14,990 nucleotides of DNA from Octopus sinensis (taxonomy: Eukaryota). The translations under genes and the position numbers were made by a program. The notes under the pieces are model-generated. The model searched no databases and was not told where the DNA came from. It saw only the letters and a list, made by a program, of their open reading frames with translations. Positions 9,667 to 14,990 of the stretch are shown here, piece by piece; the first letter of the stretch is position 1; every line of letters starts with the position of its first letter. The stretch covers positions 1-14,990 of the forward strand of contig NW_021825618.1 of the NCBI RefSeq assembly GCF_006345805.1, written 5' to 3'.

Positions 9667-10220
9667 CGAGCAATACGCCCCACCCCCACCCAGTATAATG
9701 GACGGTGCTGAATCATATCTGCTGAATAAAAAGAAATCAGTGTTTTCTTTTCATTAAAAAATAATTAAGCATGGCATTATTTCAATAAAATCTTTGGTTT
9801 TGTTAAACGAAGTTAAGGCAAAAAAAAACTTCTTAGGAAACCAAATAGTCTTTCCTTCCTTCATGCCAAGTTTGAAGGAAATATCTCTTTTGCATCTTGC
9901 TTTTTTGGTCTCTTAAATATACTGCATTTTGTGGCATAATTTCAAGCCAACCGGCTTTTTTTGTGCAAACTGCTCGTGCATTTTTCTCGCGTACGCGTTG
10001 TATCGATCGCAACAGCTGATGTACTTGCGCGTACAAATGCACGTTCCCACGGCTTTATCCATCGCATTCTCACCTGGAATCGATTTTTGTAGTTTTTTCA
10101 AGACTTATACACGCCCTGATACCGTCGGTATCGGCATATCAAATTTGTGCGCAATCGGATGGAGGATGCCCTAGATCCTAGAAGACACACACACAGACAG
10201 ACAGAACTGATTTTATATTA
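9667..10220 (-). mobile_element. Probable non-autonomous Helitron-like element
   Basis: On the - strand the 5' end runs from (TA)n into AAAATCAGTTCTGTCTGTCTGTGTGTG. The 3' end is a GC-rich stretch ending CTCG|T (a degenerate CTAG|T at 9667-9670). There is an internal hairpin GATACCG-T-CGGTATC (10118-10132). No coding capacity. The assignment rests on remembered Helitron end architecture, not a database match. Confidence 0.5.
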
Positions 10221-10223
10221 TAT

Positions 10224-10276
<53 letters not shown>

Positions 10277-10288
10277 TGCATTGTTTTA

Positions 10289-10768
10289 TTTTTATTTTGT
10301 TATTATTTCTAATACCAGGAGATCTCTAACCTTGACTATGGCTCTGCCCTCATGCTTCCGACATTTCCGTTCAGAATATCTCTCTAAAGCAGAAAACTCT
10401 TTCTCACACCTACGCATTTAAGCATTTTGTGGTCTCGCATATTTAAGTATCTCGTGGTCTCAGACATTCTTACGAAAGTATTTTGCCACGGTAAACACCC
10501 TATCGTTGTGAATTCCCTTATAAAATACGCACGTGATAGCGGACGTCCGTCTGTGATGAGTAAAATGTGTAAACAATTTTTGGTCTAACCAAACCATCCA
10601 ACTGAATTTCCAATCAAGGACAAAGCTTCGAAACATGCAACGAAACAGAGCATTCTATGAGAGTTAAACTGTAGGAGTCTGACACTAAGTTCTGTAACCA
10701 TTCATCAAGGCCCATGAGGGGATCAGCATTTCAACATTTCCAACACAGCTAAACACCTATCTTATTTA
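10289..10768. repeat. Copy 2 of the ~460-bp direct repeat (partner at 8140-8597)
   Basis: See copy 1. Confidence 0.9.
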
Positions 10769-10781
10769 CCGTCAGTAGACG

Positions 10782-10803
10782 ATATATATATATGTGTGTG
10801 TGT

Positions 10804-10849
<46 letters not shown>

Positions 10850-11187
10850 TGTGTGTACGTGTGTGTGTGTGTGTGCATTTCAAGGGTCGAAAACATACCA
10901 CACGGAAAATTAGAGAATACACACACGCACACACACACACACACACTCACATACACATATACTATACATTCGTACATATATACGTATGTAACGGTCTGTA
11001 TGTAAGAATGGATATGTACGTATGTATGTATGTATGTATATATGAATGTATGTGTGTATGTGTGTGTGTGTGTGTCTTTATATATTTATGTGTGTATGTA
11101 TGTTATGTATGTGGACATGACCTCACGGATGTTTCTCTATCCAGATTTGATTTATATATGTATGATTATGTATACATATATGTATGC

Positions 11188-11223
<36 letters not shown>

Positions 11224-11378
11224 GTATATTTGTATATATATATATTATATATAATATATATGTGTGTGTGTATGTGTGTGTGTGTGTATGTATATAAATA
11301 TATATATATATGTATATATATCTATATATATATATATGTGTGTGTGTATATATACATATATATGTATGTATATATATA
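10782..11378. repeat. Compound (TG)n/(CA)n/(TA)n/(TATG)n microsatellite block
   Basis: Read directly from the sequence. Confidence 0.95.
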
Positions 11379-11380
11379 GT

Positions 11381-11471
11381 GAAGGCGCGTGGCTTAGTGG
11401 TTAGGGCATTCGACTCAAGAATCCAAGGACGTGGGTTCGATTCCTGGCGACGCGTTATGTCCTTGAGCAAG
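11381..11471 (+). mobile_element. tRNA-derived SINE head with intact Pol III A and B boxes, truncated at its 3' side
   Basis: A box TGGCTTAGTGG (11390-11400) and B box GGTTCGATTCC (11434-11444) are followed by GTCCTTGAGCAAG, as in the copy at 8618. Homology to the SINE then stops. Confidence 0.85.
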
Positions 11472-11844
11472 CAGAGAATGGATAAATCAACACCCACAGC
11501 ATAGACACTGCAACCTTATCCCCACACCCAAAAGTTACCAACGAAATCTCCGTCCCATCAACCGGTTAAACAACCATGCACAACAAACCCACACCACTTA
11601 CAATGATTACCAACGAAGGCCTCCTAGAACACCACACCCGAATATGGGATATCGGGATGCTCTCCTCAATACTCCTCCAAGAACACACACCATAAATCAC
11701 AACAGGAGACCCCACATCAACAAAGAACAACTATAAACAGCTACCGTCCCAAACACCGCATTCATTTTTTAGACCCAATACGCAAACACAGAGACACAAG
11801 ATAGCACCAAACAAGCAGGAGGAACCAAAAGTAATAAAAATTAT

Positions 11845-14095
11845 ATCAATCTAACTCACAAGGAACTAACAGCAAACCAAATAAACATACTTTCCAAAGG
11901 ACTCAAGTTTACACCCACCCCACAACACCCCAACTACAACGAAATGAAAGAAGACATCGCAGAATCTGCAGAAAATTAAGACTTACTGAGGAGCTATACG
12001 ATAAATACAACGAGGACGAATCGTTAGCCAAATAGGAGTAACTACAACACCCCTCGAAAGGTAAGAACAAAACACTTGATGATTTCTGTGACCACATATC
12101 TAATTACCCATATCAACATATGCACAAACAAAAACACACAACCAAACTTCAGCAAAAAGAATGGACTGAGTTGAACAAATTAAAACAAGATAAAACAATA
12201 ACAATCAAAGAGGCCGATAAAGGGAGTGCTGTTGTCTTAATGGATACGACTTTTTTACATAACTTTGGTTCTTTCTATGCTGGAAGACACAACATACTAT
12301 GAAAAGGCACAAAACTACAGTCAACAAAAAATAATGAGGAACTAAAATCCATATTTAACCCATACAAAGCAGGGCTCACCGACAAAGAATATGATTATAT
12401 GACCAATTTCACAAGTAAAACTAGCCAATTCTACGGTATACCTAAGATCCACAAAAGTGAAAAAATAAGCAACGCATGCAAGATAGCCACAGACAAAATA
12501 ATTAAAGTCCCTAATCCTAATGACCTCAAATTGAGACCCATAATAGCAGGTCCCGCATGCGAAACCCACTGCCTCAGTATCTTTTTAGACACCCTGTTAA
12601 AACCACTCCTCAAACATGTCAAAAGCTATATAAGGGACGACTTAGATATGCTCAATCACCTACCGAATACTATAAAAACCAACACCATCTGGTATCCTTC
12701 GATGTAGTCAACCTCTACTCCAATATCCCCCACAACCTAGGACTAGAGGCAATCCAATTCTGGCTAGATAATCACGCCAACGACTACCACACCGCATCAA
12801 AAAAGAATTCGTGATAGAAGGGGTTAATTCATCCTGGAAAATAACTTCTTCGCCTTCAATGACAACTTCTACCGACAAAAATCGGGGACTGCGATGGGTA
12901 CACGAATGGCCCCCTCCTTTGCCAACCTAGTCATAGGATACCTAGAGATCAGTCTGTATCGTAAGGTTCTAGAAGATATGGCAGCTCTTTCTCCATCTAC
13001 ATAGAAAACAACTGGAAGAGATATCTAGATGACTGTTTCATTCTTTGGCATAAAAATATAGAAAAACTCATAGAATTCCAGGAAATTTTTTAAACGGGCT
13101 GGACGTAAACATCCAATTCACGATGGAATATAGCCAGCAACAACTTCCCTTCCTCGATATCCTCATTAAGAAAGCTAATAATATAATAGAAACAGACATA
13201 TACTATAAGCCTACAGACTCTAAGCAATATCTTCCATCCAATTCATGCCACCCCAGACACACCAGGATGAATATCCATCCTCTGCAATCTAGCAAAAAGG
13301 ATATGCACTATAGTCTCTAACGCAAACACCAGAGACACACGACTACAAGAACTAAAAGATACCCTTATCACCAGGAACTATCCACCTTCACTTATTGACA
13401 AGTGCATTCAACGTGCCCTTCAACTTAACATCAAGAACTGAGACATCCCAAATCAAAGAAAAACTTACAACCAAAAGCCTTACCATACATCTCCACACAC
13501 AACCCTCTCAATAACGAAGCCTTCGGCACCATCCTCCACAACATACCCCTCCTAAAAAAAGACCACAGAATGAACACAATCCTCCAAACACACACGATCA
13601 TAAAAAGCAAAAGACAGCCTAGATCCATGAAAGTCTTCTAACACAAGCCCGAATTCACTCTTCAACACAGAAGCCGACAGTAAAAAAATGTGGAAGACCC
13701 ATTGCGGGATATGCGACTATCTAATCGAGGGTTCTGAGTTCTCCTTCAAACAGGGACAACGGTTTACAGTGAAAAGCAACTTCACATGTGCTTCGGAGAA
13801 CCTAATATACTCACTAACCTGCTCCGGGTGTCAAGAGCAGTACATAGGCCCCAAACAAAAAATGGTTTGCGTAAACGAATGGCCCTGCACAGATCCAGAT
13901 AAAAATTCCCCAAAACAGAAAATAGCTTTTAGCCAACACATAGATACTTGCGCCAACAAAAAACAACCAAACTTCAGAATTTTCCCCCTCTACCAATTTA
14001 GGGACGATACAACCTCAAGACAACGAATAAGTAAAGAAAATCTCTTTATTATAAAATACAGGCCACTTCTTAACGGGTCTACGACAAACAATTAA
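11845..14095 (+). pseudogene. PLE reverse transcriptase + GIY-YIG endonuclease ORF, disrupted
   Basis: Fragments in ORFs 12120-12302, 12399-12707, 12557-12814, 13123-13320 and 13688-14095 join across frameshifts into one RT-EN polyprotein ending KENLFIIKYRPLLN. Confidence 0.92.
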
Positions 14096-14214
14096 TATAC
14101 CTCAACTTAAGATAAAGAATATATATACAACACACAATATTACATTCCATAGAATCCATTACCAATCGCCCCATCACAGCTATATCTTCACCCATTCATA
14201 TTCCCCTTCTCTGT

Positions 14215-14385
14215 TTTTTTCTTCTTCTTCCTCTCTTCTCTTCTTCATCATCACATTATTCATCATCATCGTCGTCATCGTCATCACCACCATCATCATC
14301 GTCATCTTCTCCTTCTCCTTCTTCTTCTTCATCGTCATCATCATCGGCACCGTCATCTTCTTCTTCTTCTTCTACTTCTCCACCT
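14215..14385. repeat. (TTC)/(TCA)/(TCG) trinucleotide low-complexity tract in the PLE 3' UTR
   Basis: Read directly from the sequence. Confidence 0.85.
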
Positions 14386-14640
14386 TCTACCCTTAACCTT
14401 GTCACTAATGTCTTTAAGTATAACGCCTACGCAGCGACTGCCGGTCGCCACTGACCAGCCCAGATTTTCCCACTCCCACCCCTCAAGAACTCACAACGAC
14501 CTCGAATACACAAGTGCAAACAAGGGAGTCAGAGAAAGGCAGAATGCCACCTATATCTGAACACTACTATGGAAGTATTCCTTTAAAAAACCTTTCTTCT
14601 AATTTTTCTAACTTTTCTAAATTTAATTATTTAATCGTTA

Positions 14641-14678
14641 CAGTTGAAAAGGTCTCAAAATGACCGAAACCGGTACTG
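14641..14678 (+). ncRNA. Minimal type I hammerhead ribozyme with variant U3-A8 core
   Basis: Stem I CAG (14641-14643) pairs with CTG (14676-14678). The core reads TTGAAAA (14644-14650) instead of CTGANGA. Stem II is GGTC (14651-14654)/GACC (14662-14665). GAAA is at 14666-14669 and the palindromic stem III ACCGGT at 14669-14674. The GUA triplet predicts cleavage after 14675. The motif lies ~550 nt 3' of the PLE ORF. Confidence 0.8.
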
Positions 14679-14732
14679 AAAGATTCACTATAAAATCCTC
14701 TTAGCATTTTCTATTTTGACTTGTTTTTTTTC

Positions 14733-14734
<2 letters not shown>

Positions 14735-14770
<36 letters not shown>

Positions 14771-14817
14771 TATATATTATATATATATATATAATTATAT
14801 ATATAGCTATATATATA
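14735..14817. repeat. (TA)n microsatellite
   Basis: Read directly from the sequence. Confidence 0.95.
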
Positions 14818-14990
14818 ATCAGAATAAGCAGCAAGGATATCCAAAGGTATGCAATACGGTCGTTTCATGCAACGCCATTTAATTGAACATGGAGTTGCAT
14901 TAAGCGATCGTACTGCTTGCCTCTGGATATTCTTGTTGCTTATTTTGATTTTAATCACCTTATTTTGAAATTGTATGGTGTAGTTTGAAA

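Larger units (their letters stand above)
11472..14700 (+). mobile_element. Penelope-like retroelement (PLE), Neptune-type, frameshifted, with a 3' hammerhead-containing terminal region
   Basis: Ordered PLE motifs on the + strand: INLT...LSKGLKFTPTP (11845-11922), IKEADKGSAVVLMD (12204-12245), FYGIPKIHK, LRPII, SFDVVNLYSNIP (Asp 12701-12703), GTAMG (12885-12899), YLDD (13022-13033), LPFLD, YYKPTD..QYL...SCHP, and GIY-YIG LIYSLTC..C..QYIG (13802-13849). Both ends are approximate. Confidence 0.93.

Noticed and set aside
10553-10605. Possible C/D-box snoRNA (GTGATGA ... CTGA)
   Set aside because: It is only ~53 nt, has no terminal stem, and the paralogous copy (ATGATGA at 8403) lacks the D box at the aligned position.
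8140-10768. The direct repeats as LTRs of a retrotransposon or TRIM
   Set aside because: I saw no TG...CA termini, primer-binding site, polypurine tract or TSD. The interior is mostly SINEs and a Helitron-like element.
11381-11450. Possible tRNA gene
   Set aside because: The A and B boxes are good, but the anticodon arm is mispaired and there is no convincing acceptor stem. The sequence continues into SINE body sequence shared with the copy at 8618.
14215-14385. Acidic (D/E-rich) reading on the minus strand
   Set aside because: It is a simple trinucleotide repeat in the PLE 3' UTR with no start or splice context.

Overview
Eukaryotic, AT-rich, repeat-dense DNA that looks like an octopus (coleoid cephalopod) genome. 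The organism call is an inference from the SINE types and the heavy microsatellite load. No intact protein-coding gene is present. Recognisable content: three decayed Tc1/mariner elements (two are DD37D/maT-type with TIRs), five tRNA-derived SINE copies or fragments of two families, a 3' fragment of an RTE-clade LINE, a hAT-type MITE with perfect TIRs and an 8-bp TSD, a probable non-autonomous Helitron, and a ~3.2 kb frameshifted Penelope-like element (RT + GIY-YIG, Neptune-type Cys linker). The most notable signals are two different minimal type I hammerhead ribozymes with palindromic stem III. One is at the 3' end of the Penelope element and carries a compensatory U3-A8 core (14641-14678). 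The other is an orphan at 982-1037. There are also two candidate + strand micro-exons with consistent phase beside paired YY1-type motifs (4990-5214), and a ~460-bp locally duplicated non-TE-looking cassette (8140-8597 / 10289-10768) with exon-like signals. Most long ORFs in the supplied track are microsatellite artefacts. All coordinates and alignments were read by eye.
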